Notes: generated by a model from the sequence alone, not told the origin. A DNA stretch of 13,925 nt from an uncultured archaeon (GCA_964426185.1 CAYRPF010000036.1:1-13925), one strand, 5' to 3'. Positions 1 through 8,482 are shown, counted from the stretch's first letter. Numbers and translations are program-made.

Positions 1-2
1 AT

Positions 3-2414
3 ATGCTTTGGTATGATTATGATGATGACGGAAACGATGAAATGATATTTTTAGATCATCTCAGCGGGCGTATAAAGTTAATAGATGAAACCGGAGATCA
101 AGTCTGGAGTTTTCTATATGGTGGTGGATACAGTCGTTCTCCCATTTTAGCGGATATTAATAATGATACCGTTCCTGAAATATTATTTGCAAAGCAGAAC
201 GGCTATCTTTATGTGCTGGATCTGAAAACCGGAGCCCAGCTGTGGAACCGTTCAAACTCTGGTGGTAGTGGAGGAGGACACATAGAAGCAATTGTGGTAG
301 GTGATATAGATAACAGCAGCATGCCTGAAATTCTGTATGCAGATGACTCAGGATGGCTCACGATATTGGATTATCAAGGCAATTTCACTGCAGAATATGA
401 TTTAAATGGTGGTAGTGGAGTATATGCCGTATATTCTGCCGCTTTGGGTTATTTCATGTCATCTACAAATCTTTCTCTTGCATACGGCAATTCCCAAGGC
501 ATATTACGGGTAATAAATCCACTTAACGGTAGTATCCTATATGAAAGTCCGACAAATATTATATATGGTACCGGATCAATGGATTCTCCGCCGATAATTC
601 CTAATGATTTTGATGATGACGGATTGGATGAAATCATTATCGGTGATTATTGTCTTAGGATGGTCGATCCCGCTGATAATGCGATTGTTTACAATTCTAC
701 ATTCTATGGAAAAGTAAGGTATAATATGTTAATGGACAACTTTGATAACGATGACGGCTTAGAAATTCTGGTTCAAACAATGGATAACGGTATTTTCTTG
801 TTTGATATCGAAGGGCGCCAGACTAAATGGCATTATAAACCCAATGCAGGAACAATTTATGATATTTCTCTAGGTCATCTGCAAGAAGATGAAGGAAATG
901 ACGTGGCTATTGCTACATCTTTGGGTTACATTATTGCTGTTGATGGTTTGACTGGAAACATGATCTGGTTCAATTATACCGGGGATCAGTATATGGGAAT
1001 TGCATGTTTGTCCAAATCCAACTCAAATATGTTTTATACAACCGTATGGGATAATGTAGGTTTAATCCATCAATTCGGCTCGTATCGTATCAATTGGACT
1101 GAAACACCCCCAGCATTTGTAGAACGGGCGTTGGATTATACGGTAAATGTAAAAACTAATGATATTACTCTTTGGAGTAAAGACATCAACGCAGATGGCA
1201 TCGATGAATTGATTTGGCTGGCTGACGATGATTATTTGGTTGTTTGGGATTATATCAAGCGGGAATCCATTTGGGAATTTCAATTCGAGAAAAAAGTGGA
1301 TTTCATACGCTTTGGGGATTTAAATCAAGATGATCCAGACTTAGAATTAGTGGTGGTTCTTAATAACGGTTTAGTTCAAGTATTTGAGGTATTGAAGGAT
1401 CAAATGCTGGTTGAAATAAAACCTGACGAATATTACAGCGCAACCGAAGTTTTAATTGCCAATTTCGATGCAAATTACCAAGGTGATGAGTTAGCGATCC
1501 TTTACGAGAAGTCCGAAGGTGCTGATAATGCCATGATCGAATGGTTTGATTCTTTGGGCAAGCTGCTCCATCGGAGTGAATATAATTACTCCAATTTAGG
1601 TGTTAAAATGGTTCCCATCCACGACTCTTCCTTAACAACTTGGGATATCGCCACAGCTGGTTATTTTGGATATGTGGATGTTTTCAATGGGCAAGACGGG
1701 AAACGTAGTCATCATTTCCCTTATGGGTCAAGTGTTTACGAATTAATTGCGGGAGATTTTAATGGAGATGGCTATAGTGAGCTGGTTACCTCCAATTCAA
1801 TTGATACTTTAGTCTACTGGGATCTTACTGGTGGAGGTGGTTCTTTCTTAAGTCTAGCTTTTGGAACCGGTAATGTTCTCCATATGGAAATGGCTGATAT
1901 TTTCCAGAACGATTCTCGCCAAGAGTTGGTTGTAATCCAAGATGAAGTGGGTGTGGTGGCTTACGAAATGTCGCCGAGTTCTATAAGCGATTATAAATGG
2001 ATCTACCATGCTCCCCTAATTATTGGAGAAAAACACTGTCAGATGATGATTGCGGACCATAATCACGATGGATACCTGGATCTTTCCTTTAAAAACTATA
2101 ATTATTGGAACGTAATAGACGGCAAAACAGAGCGGTTATTATGGCATTATCAAGCTGATACCCCTCTGGAAGATTTCACACCGGGATTTTTCGACGAGAA
2201 AGGAGAGATGATAGGAATGGCCTATCGGGTAAATAACACCGTCAATTTCATATCACACAAGCCCACAGAGATTCCAATGGGCGGTCAAGGTGGTGGAATT
2301 CCTGCAAATATAATGGGAATTACTCCAGAACAAATTACAATGATCGCATTCTTTTCAGCCGTTCCTTTGACCTTGGGAATTATCTACGTGATAATGAGGA
2401 AAAATCGCAAATAG
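3..2414 (+). CDS. FG-GAP/PQQ-repeat beta-propeller cell-surface protein with C-terminal membrane anchor (probably 5'-truncated by the window edge)
   Basis: About 12 Dx(D/N)xDG-like Ca-binding loops (DYDDDGNDE, DINNDTVPE, DFDDDGLDE, DINADGIDE, DFNGDGYSE, DHNHDGYLD). PQQ-like motifs LDLKTGAQLW, VDGLTGNMIW and IDGKTERLLW. Gly-rich linker, then hydrophobic helix IAFFSAVPLTLGIIYVIM and basic tail RKNRK. No signal peptide at the visible start and no upstream in-frame stop within the window. Confidence 0.85.
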   Translation: MLWYDYDDDGNDEMIFLDHLSGRIKLIDETGDQVWSFLYGGGYSRSPILADINNDTVPEILFAKQNGYLYVLDLKTGAQLWNRSNSGGSGGGHIEAIVVGDIDNSSMPEILYADDSGWLTILDYQGNFTAEYDLNGGSGVYAVYSAALGYFMSSTNLSLAYGNSQGILRVINPLNGSILYESPTNIIYGTGSMDSPPIIPNDFDDDGLDEIIIGDYCLRMVDPADNAIVYNSTFYGKVRYNMLMDNFDNDDGLEILVQTMDNGIFLFDIEGRQTKWHYKPNAGTIYDISLGHLQEDEGNDVAIATSLGYIIAVDGLTGNMIWFNYTGDQYMGIACLSKSNSNMFYTTVWDNVGLIHQFGSYRINWTETPPAFVERALDYTVNVKTNDITLWSKDINADGIDELIWLADDDYLVVWDYIKRESIWEFQFEKKVDFIRFGDLNQDDPDLELVVVLNNGLVQVFEVLKDQMLVEIKPDEYYSATEVLIANFDANYQGDELAILYEKSEGADNAMIEWFDSLGKLLHRSEYNYSNLGVKMVPIHDSSLTTWDIATAGYFGYVDVFNGQDGKRSHHFPYGSSVYELIAGDFNGDGYSELVTSNSIDTLVYWDLTGGGGSFLSLAFGTGNVLHMEMADIFQNDSRQELVVIQDEVGVVAYEMSPSSISDYKWIYHAPLIIGEKHCQMMIADHNHDGYLDLSFKNYNYWNVIDGKTERLLWHYQADTPLEDFTPGFFDEKGEMIGMAYRVNNTVNFISHKPTEIPMGGQGGGIPANIMGITPEQITMIAFFSAVPLTLGIIYVIMRKNRK

Positions 2415-2426
2415 CTGAGATAAATC

Positions 2427-2448
2427 ATTTTTTGATTATTTTTTTTTC
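2427..2448 (+). terminator. Putative archaeal oligo-T terminator
   Basis: T-rich run (ttttttgattattttttttt) beginning about 12 nt after the TAG stop at 2414. Confidence 0.45.
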
Positions 2449-2516
2449 CTTCCAACTCCATTCAAACCAAAAAAAATATATTTCATCGACCTTTGCATTG
2501 CATAGTTGAAGATCAA

Positions 2517-2762
2517 ATGAGAAGCCCCTCTCTTCATTTACACTTTAAATCCTTATATGGAAAGGAAGTTAAAATTCGAGTAAGACTCTATCAGACCTAT
2601 ATCAAGGGTCATCTCGAATCAGTGGATGAATTTTCCAATGTCCTCCTCAAAAATGCAATAGAATTTCAAAAAAATGAAGAAACGGGTGAATTGATCGAAA
2701 AAGAAAAGTTTGACACCTTGCTATTACGGGGTGACTCTATAATCAACTTAGCAACAAATTAA
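2517..2762 (+). CDS. Sm/Lsm-family RNA-binding protein (SmAP1 locus)
   Basis: Sm1 motif GKEVKIRV...KGHLESVDEFSNVLLKNAIE and Sm2 motif LLLRGDSI. Lies directly upstream of rpl37e, the conserved archaeal arrangement. ATG at 2517 preferred over the TTG at 2493. Confidence 0.92.
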   Translation: MRSPSLHLHFKSLYGKEVKIRVRLYQTYIKGHLESVDEFSNVLLKNAIEFQKNEETGELIEKEKFDTLLLRGDSIINLATN

Positions 2763-2777
2763 ATTAATGCAACACAC

Positions 2778-2782
2778 GGTGA
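2778..2782 (+). promoter_or_regulatory. Shine-Dalgarno-like GGTGA for rpl37e
   Basis: GGTGA lies 6 nt upstream of the ATG at 2789. Confidence 0.55.
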
Positions 2783-2788
2783 AAACTT

Positions 2789-3040
2789 ATGGGTAAAGGT
2801 ACACCATCATTTGGAAAGCATAATAAAGCTGCAACACATTCTATTTGTCGTCGATGTGGTAGCCGTTCGTATCATAAAAGGAAAGGAGTCTGTGCTGCTT
2901 GTGGTTTTGGACGGACAGCTCGCTTACGCACTTACAATTGGAATGTAAAAATTCGAGCGGCTAATGGTCAAAAAGCGCGCAATGGTCGAAAAGAAATGTT
3001 CATTCGGAAAGTAAAAGGCAAGCATACGAAGAAACATTAG
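2789..3040 (+). CDS. rpl37e: 50S ribosomal protein L37e (eL37)
   Basis: [11 protein letters not shown]-terminus, zinc finger CRRCG...CAACGF and RTYNW motif. Confidence 0.97.
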   Translation: MGKGTPSFGKHNKAATHSICRRCGSRSYHKRKGVCAACGFGRTARLRTYNWNVKIRAANGQKARNGRKEMFIRKVKGKHTKKH

Positions 3041-3065
3041 TTGCTTTACTTTCGTGTAATATAAT

Positions 3066-3113
3066 TGTAATATTAATAACTACAATAAAAAAATATTACA
3101 GCGGTACTTTTTT
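3066..3113. terminator. Inverted repeat plus T tract between the convergent rpl37e and ABC permease genes
   Basis: TGTAATATT (3066-3074) and AATATTACA (3092-3100) form a perfect 9-bp inverted repeat. An A run lies in the loop and a T6 run follows. Confidence 0.4.
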
Positions 3114-3146
3114 ACTCCCTTCTTTATTCAGCAAATTATCTTCAAA

Positions 3147-3818
3147 TTATAACATTTTACGGTCAATGACAAATGCGATGGCAATATTGACAATAAGCGC
3201 AAGTACTATTCCCACAGAAAGTGAATAAAGAACCGTGTTTACTTCGGAGAAGAAAATTCCTGGCAGAACTGCTACCATACTGAGTTGATTTCCTGCGTAA
3301 ATAGCTAAAATTGCCGCTACCATGGTTGAATTTACTAATAATCCGATTAATATGGAAAAAGAGCAAGATATCGCCATAGTGCTCATGCTTACTGCCAATG
3401 AATCCCATAATCCATCTAGCAAAATATCAACATGAATATCCGTTTTTATCAAATCCACCACTAATCCTAGTAGAATGCTTAAAACAGTGGCAATCATAAT
3501 GCACACATATACCGCCACAAATTTAGAAAACATCAAATGCCAGCGTTTCACGGGCCGAATAAGGAATAAATCATAAACGTGCCGCTCTTTTTCGGAAACA
3601 ATGGTTGTGCTGAGCATAACCGCAGCTAGTGTACCGCTTAATGAAGATACCATCAAACTTACAAATACACTCAAAGGAATTTCCTCTGTGTCTGGGCTTA
3701 AATAACTAATTACCAAACTAAGAAGGGGCATACCAATCCAGAGAACCATCATTACTTTAGATTTGTAAAAACCCTTAAATTCATCCCGAATCAATAATCC
3801 TAAGCTCATTTTAGTCAT
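3147..3818 (-). CDS. ABC-2 type transporter permease
   Basis: About 6 hydrophobic segments. Motif IVSEKERHVYDLFLIRPVKRWHLMFSKF matches the ABC-2 E(K/R)E.G....L..P..R....K pattern. Overlaps or abuts the ATPase stop (start 3818 or 3809). Confidence 0.92.
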   Translation of the reverse strand: MTKMSLGLLIRDEFKGFYKSKVMMVLWIGMPLLSLVISYLSPDTEEIPLSVFVSLMVSSLSGTLAAVMLSTTIVSEKERHVYDLFLIRPVKRWHLMFSKFVAVYVCIMIATVLSILLGLVVDLIKTDIHVDILLDGLWDSLAVSMSTMAISCSFSILIGLLVNSTMVAAILAIYAGNQLSMVAVLPGIFFSEVNTVLYSLSVGIVLALIVNIAIAFVIDRKML

Positions 3819-4830
3819 CTTCCTCTACATAGCGCAAGTAAACTTCTTCTAAAGAGGGTTGAAGGAGATTAAAACTCCGCACGATGCATTTTTGATTGGT
3901 AAGTTCATTCATGATTGAAACCAAAGCTTGATCGAGATTGATCTTTGGTTTTAGAGTCAATACGGTCTTGTTTGCTGAAATTTTTTTCGTATGAGCTACT
4001 TGAGGTATTTTCATGAAATCAGGCAAAATTTTCTGATTTTCACCAAAAATAATTTCAATTTCATTTCCTACATTGAATTTGGCTTGAAGTTCTTGAGGTG
4101 TCCCCACATTGAGAATTTTACCGTGATTAATAATCGCAATTCGATCAGCAATATCTTGGACATCAGATAAAATGTGACTACTGAGGAAAATTGTAATATT
4201 TTCATCTGCCAATTGCCGAATAATTTTCTTCATTTGATAGCGACTGGATGGATCTAAACCCGTCATGGGTTCATCTAATACTAAGAATTGGGGTTCATGA
4301 AGCAGAGCTTGGGCTAACCTTAATTTTTGCTGCATACCGCTTGAGAGATGCACAATTTTCTTGTGTTTCACATCTTTAAGACCTACTTTCTGAAGAACAT
4401 CATCAATTCGAGCGGGTAGCTTATCAGTATCATATCCCGATAGACGACCAAAAGTATCTAAGAGATGGTAAACTGTTCGCCATGTTTGAAAACCCACATC
4501 TTGAGGTAAGTATCCTAAAATTTTGTGAATTGAGTTCTCCAATTTATTCACCGTTTTCCCGTCAAGTAAGATAGTACCTTTATAAGATCGGATTAATCCC
4601 ACAATAATCTTCATGGTAGTTGTCTTTCCTGCACCGTTGGGTCCAATATAACCTAAAATTTCTCCCCGTTTCAGCGAAAGGTTGAGATTATCCAAAGCGG
4701 TAAAATCGCCGTAGAGTTTGGAAATTTGCCGCAGTTCTAAAAATGGTTGTCTATCAGTTGGATGTTGTATCAAATCATCGCTTTTTGAAATATTTGAGAT
4801 TTCTGGATGTTTAAGGAATTTTGTTGACAT
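3811..4830 (-). CDS. ABC transporter ATP-binding protein (CcmA/DrrA-like exporter)
   Basis: Walker A GPNGAGKTT, Q-loop GYLPQ, signature LSSGMQQK, Walker B LVLDEP, H-loop SSH and C-terminal PSLEEVYL. ATG at 4830 is preferred, with AAGGAG upstream at 4845-4850. Confidence 0.95.
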   Translation of the reverse strand: MSTKFLKHPEISNISKSDDLIQHPTDRQPFLELRQISKLYGDFTALDNLNLSLKRGEILGYIGPNGAGKTTTMKIIVGLIRSYKGTILLDGKTVNKLENSIHKILGYLPQDVGFQTWRTVYHLLDTFGRLSGYDTDKLPARIDDVLQKVGLKDVKHKKIVHLSSGMQQKLRLAQALLHEPQFLVLDEPMTGLDPSSRYQMKKIIRQLADENITIFLSSHILSDVQDIADRIAIINHGKILNVGTPQELQAKFNVGNEIEIIFGENQKILPDFMKIPQVAHTKKISANKTVLTLKPKINLDQALVSIMNELTNQKCIVRSFNLLQPSLEEVYLRYVEEDD

Positions 4831-5100
4831 TTTATCGAAGTTATCTCCTTGTAAGAATAAAAACAAATTTTGAGTATTTAAATATAAATGTTATATGCCA
4901 AATTTTTTAAACATTGGTATATATCATTTTATGTAAATAATGGGATAAAACAAATATAAAGTTTGCGATCATGCATTGAAAACAGCTTATTGGGTGCAAC
5001 TGCGCACGAATTCTGAAATATGAAGGATTTTATCATGACAGATAATAAAAATCGGAAAATAAGTGGAAAAATTTTGAGAAATGGGAAAAAAGGTGCAGAG

Positions 5101-5748
5101 ATGAATAAAGAAGAAATATTCAAGATACTAAGTGACGAGACAAATTTTGAAATATTGATGGCACTTTTTTCCCGTAATGAATTGATATTAAGTGAATTAG
5201 ATGCTATCATTGCCAAGAGCCGTTCCACCATCCACCGTCATATTCAAGATTTAATTTCATCAGGATTTATCCTTGAATCTAAAGAAAAAGTGATAAAAGG
5301 TCCAATTCCAGCAAAATATTATAAACTTAATTTCAAGAAATTTGTTTCAATTCCTTCACTTTCTATGGATCAAGTTCAAAGTTTATCAGAGGTTGAACGA
5401 ATTAAAATTTATTCGCAAATTAAGCAAACATATTATACCATGATTACATTTTTATCAAAGATTTTAGTTAAAATCCAAACCTTTTTACAGAAATTAACAC
5501 CTGAGAATTCTACAAATTTTGAAGAGATGCTTAATTTTAATGATCCCAGGTTTTTTGCTACACTTAACTTGCTGACTGAACCGCAAAAAACACTCTATCT
5601 GCGGAGATTTCAAGAATTTTCTCAATCATTCATGCAAGAAATAATGGAAAAAAATATGTTTGACCCTCAAGATCCATTCAAAGATCCAAAGCCTTTTCTT
5701 TTAACGACTTTACTTGCTCCAATCCAATCGCTTTTCAAAAATGAATAA
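5101..5748 (+). CDS. ArsR-like winged-HTH transcriptional regulator with C-terminal helical domain
   Basis: FKILSDETNFEILMAL...LSELDAIIAKSRSTIHRHIQDLISSGFI...KYYKL. Divergent from the ABC operon. Start is uncertain (5020, 5035 or 5101). Confidence 0.85.
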   Translation: MNKEEIFKILSDETNFEILMALFSRNELILSELDAIIAKSRSTIHRHIQDLISSGFILESKEKVIKGPIPAKYYKLNFKKFVSIPSLSMDQVQSLSEVERIKIYSQIKQTYYTMITFLSKILVKIQTFLQKLTPENSTNFEEMLNFNDPRFFATLNLLTEPQKTLYLRRFQEFSQSFMQEIMEKNMFDPQDPFKDPKPFLLTTLLAPIQSLFKNE

Positions 5749-6029
5749 GGATCACGAGAGATATTCCTTCCTTTCTTGATAAAGGTGTAGTAAATAATTA
5801 AAACACTACAGAGGAAGCGCTGCTCCCTCAAGTTAATACCTTTTTTCATCAAAAAGGAACTGGTCAATAACCCACAAAATTCCCTTTTCGTGCTTTTTTT
5901 TTTCACTTTTCAAGCATATCATTTCCCACTTTGATCACATCTTTAAAACCCCTCCTCTTTAGTATACATGATCCTTTAATGTTTAACATAATCGATGGTA
6001 TTCGGGATCGTTAGTTAAAACTCAAGGAA

Positions 6030-7295
6030 ATGAGACATATGTCATCTGAAACCAATCCCTTTCAAAATGCATTAAAACAATTGCGTCTTGCTTGCGATGC
6101 GATGGGCATCAATGAAGATATTTATACTTATTTGTCTAATCCAACCAGAATGGTACAAGTTGCTGTTCCCGTAAAAATGGATGATGGTCATTTAAAAGTA
6201 TTTGAAGGTTTTCGTGTGCTTCACAATTCTGCCCGCGGCCCGGGAAAAGGAGGTATCCGTTACGCCGCAAATGTCGACTTAGATGAAGTGAAAGCTTTAG
6301 CTATGTGGATGACCTGGAAGACCGCTTGCGTAGGAATTCCCTACGGTGGTGCCAAAGGTGGTGTACGAGTCGACCCACGACAATTATCCGATGCAGAATT
6401 GGAGAGACTAACCCGCCGATTCACTGCAAATATTATCAATGTTATAGGTCCTGAGACTGATATCCCCGCTCCTGATATGAACACCGGACCACGAGAAATG
6501 GGATGGATGATGGACACCTATTCTATGCAAAAAGGTCATGTTGTACACGGGGTTTGCACCGGAAAGCCGGTTGAGATTGGTGGTTCATTGGGCCGAACTC
6601 AAGCCACTGGACATGGAGTTGCTTTCATTGCTCATGAATATGCCAAACGACATGGATTTAAGCCAGAAGAATCAACCATGGTTATCCAAGGTTTTGGTAA
6701 TGTCGGTCAATACACCGCTTTAACCGCAAAAGAATACGGCTATAAGGTTATTGCAGTTTCTGATATTTCTGGAGGATACTACAATCCTGATGGATTGGAT
6801 GTGGATGAAATATTTGCCTACATCTCTGATCCCGCCCACCGTACCTTAGAAGGATATGAAAAAGCTCAAAAAATCACCAATGAAGAATTATTGACCTTAG
6901 AATGCACCATTTTGGCTCCTTGTGCATTAGAAAACCAAATTACTCCCGAAAATGCTCCGAAACTCCGCTGTAAAGCAATTGTTGAGGGTGCTAACGGACC
7001 AACCACTCCGGAAGCCGATAAAATTTTAGAAGAACGCGGTATTGATGTAATTCCCGACATTTTAGCCAACGCTGGTGGTGTTACTTGCTCCTACTTCGAA
7101 TGGGTGCAAGATCGTATGGCTCTTTTCTGGGATTTAGAACGTGTGAATGAAGAATTAGATAAAATAATGTTACGGGCATTTGATTCAGTTTATCAGCTGG
7201 TTCAAGATAAAAAGATCAGTTATCGTATGGCTGCTTATTTTGTAGCAGTAGAACGTGTGGCCAAAGCCATTGAAATGCGCGGAATTTATCCATAA
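6030..7295 (+). CDS. gdhA: Glutamate dehydrogenase, NAD(P)-dependent (Glu/Leu/Phe/Val dehydrogenase family)
   Basis: GPGKGGIRY, MTWKTA, GGAKGG, DIPAPDMNT, TGKP, GGSLGR, QGFGNVG (Rossmann), EGANGPTT and ANAGGVTCSYFEWVQ. An alternative start at 6039 follows AAGGA at 6024-6028. Confidence 0.96.
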   Translation: MRHMSSETNPFQNALKQLRLACDAMGINEDIYTYLSNPTRMVQVAVPVKMDDGHLKVFEGFRVLHNSARGPGKGGIRYAANVDLDEVKALAMWMTWKTACVGIPYGGAKGGVRVDPRQLSDAELERLTRRFTANIINVIGPETDIPAPDMNTGPREMGWMMDTYSMQKGHVVHGVCTGKPVEIGGSLGRTQATGHGVAFIAHEYAKRHGFKPEESTMVIQGFGNVGQYTALTAKEYGYKVIAVSDISGGYYNPDGLDVDEIFAYISDPAHRTLEGYEKAQKITNEELLTLECTILAPCALENQITPENAPKLRCKAIVEGANGPTTPEADKILEERGIDVIPDILANAGGVTCSYFEWVQDRMALFWDLERVNEELDKIMLRAFDSVYQLVQDKKISYRMAAYFVAVERVAKAIEMRGIYP

Positions 7296-7340
7296 TTTAT
7301 CAGTAATATATTCAATATGATTTGTTTTGATAAAATATAC

Positions 7341-7358
7341 CTTTTTTTCCCTTTTTGT
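7341..7358 (+). terminator. Putative oligo-T terminator of gdh
   Basis: ctttttttccctttttgt about 45 nt after the gdh stop. Confidence 0.4.
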
Positions 7359-7378
7359 ATGATTTCTATTTGCTCTAC

Positions 7379-7521
7379 AACATTATATCTTCTTAACATT
7401 CGAATAGTTGAAGCTATATGATTGAATTACATCAAATTTATTTGTTAACATAACATTGTATCTTCTTAACATTCGAATAGTTGAAGCTTTATGATTGAAT
7501 TACATCAAATTTATTTGTTAA
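7379..7521 (+). repeat. Tandem direct repeat, 2 x 70 bp (period 73), covering the upstream region and first 10 codons of the 7TM gene
   Basis: Copy 1 is 7379-7448 and copy 2 is 7452-7521. There are only two mismatches (A7385/G7458, A7416/T7489). Confidence 0.97.
7418..7453 (+). other. 11-codon upstream mini-ORF MIELHQIYLLT* created by the duplication
   Basis: ATG at 7418 to TAA at 7451-7453. Its first 10 aa are identical to the N-terminus of the 7491 CDS. Translation is unproven. Confidence 0.5.
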
Positions 7522-8378
7522 TTGCCAAGATTGTAGAATTGGCTTTATATTTTTATGCCGTTTTTGCATTGAATAAAAAATATCATGGAGTAAAATTTTC
7601 AGATAGACCAGCCTTGCATCGATTTTTCATTACAGGGTTAAGCGGTTGGATCATTTATTTGTTTTTTGATTCGATAATATATGTAATCGCTCCATTATCC
7701 ATTCCAGAATCAGCAACAATTAATGCAGTTAACGTTGTCTTTTCTGGTTATGATTCTGCTTATCCTTCATTATTGTGGGCAAATATTTTACGTGATTTGG
7801 CTATCCCCGGTGCACTTTTTATGGCATGGACATATTGTGGTGCTTCAGTTCTAATTAATCGAGGGACAAACATTAATGAAGATTTTCTTTTTTCTGATGA
7901 TCTAGTGTTTCCAAAACATTGGAAGATTCCTATTAAGAAGAAGCAATTATACCCAGTATTAGCGTTTCTATTTATATTGCTAATGGTTTATTTAGATCGA
8001 ATTGAAGTTCACGTCATAGCTGATGGAAAAATTCATGTAACCTCCGCATGGGGTATAATAAATTCACTCTCACTTATATTGTTCTTTACATTTGCCACTA
8101 TCTTGATGGTTCAACAGATGAGATTTCTACGAACCAGGTCAATGGAACTTGAGTACAAGCGTCGAGCACTATTTTTGGGATGGGGTATCATTTCTTTTAC
8201 TATCGGATTATATTATTGGGCGTTAACGGGAATCATATTTCAAAATATGACTGCTTCTGAGACTCTAATTTTAGTATTTCTCTACTTAGGGCACGTGATT
8301 TGGAGTTCTTCGGCCATATTTATCTTTTTTGCGTTCCATCAAAAAGGAAAATCTAAGGAAAATAATATAGAATCATAA
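7491..8378 (+). CDS. Hypothetical integral membrane protein, about 7 TM helices (stand-alone receptor-like)
   Basis: Seven hydrophobic stretches (approx. aa 7-27, 45-67, 94-122, 153-168, 187-207, 226-250, 259-282). Basic loops 1, 3 and 5 and a basic C-tail. Confidence 0.8.
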   Translation: MIELHQIYLLIAKIVELALYFYAVFALNKKYHGVKFSDRPALHRFFITGLSGWIIYLFFDSIIYVIAPLSIPESATINAVNVVFSGYDSAYPSLLWANILRDLAIPGALFMAWTYCGASVLINRGTNINEDFLFSDDLVFPKHWKIPIKKKQLYPVLAFLFILLMVYLDRIEVHVIADGKIHVTSAWGIINSLSLILFFTFATILMVQQMRFLRTRSMELEYKRRALFLGWGIISFTIGLYYWALTGIIFQNMTASETLILVFLYLGHVIWSSSAIFIFFAFHQKGKSKENNIES

Positions 8379-8482
8379 ATAGAAAGTAACAGATTTATTA
8401 ATTTTAATTTCTCTGTGAAAAGGAGATAAAAAAGAATCTTTTATAACTTTTATTTCTTATTTTTTCATTATTTCATCTATTA

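Noticed and set aside
5749-6029. SECIS element or known riboswitch
   Set aside because: No in-frame TGA candidate in the neighbouring genes, and no consensus of a known riboswitch could be recognised by eye.
6030-7295. Leu/Phe/Val dehydrogenase
   Set aside because: The Lys in GPGKGGIR, the length of about 420 aa and the SYFEWVQ motif indicate glutamate specificity.
7379-7521. Repeat as a CRISPR array or IS/att scar
   Set aside because: Only two 70-bp units with a 3-nt gap, no spacers, and no cas, transposase or integrase gene. The unit includes the coding start of the adjacent gene.
7491-8378. Rhodopsin (schizorhodopsin or heliorhodopsin)
   Set aside because: No retinal-binding Lys or DxxxK/SxxxK motif in helix 7.
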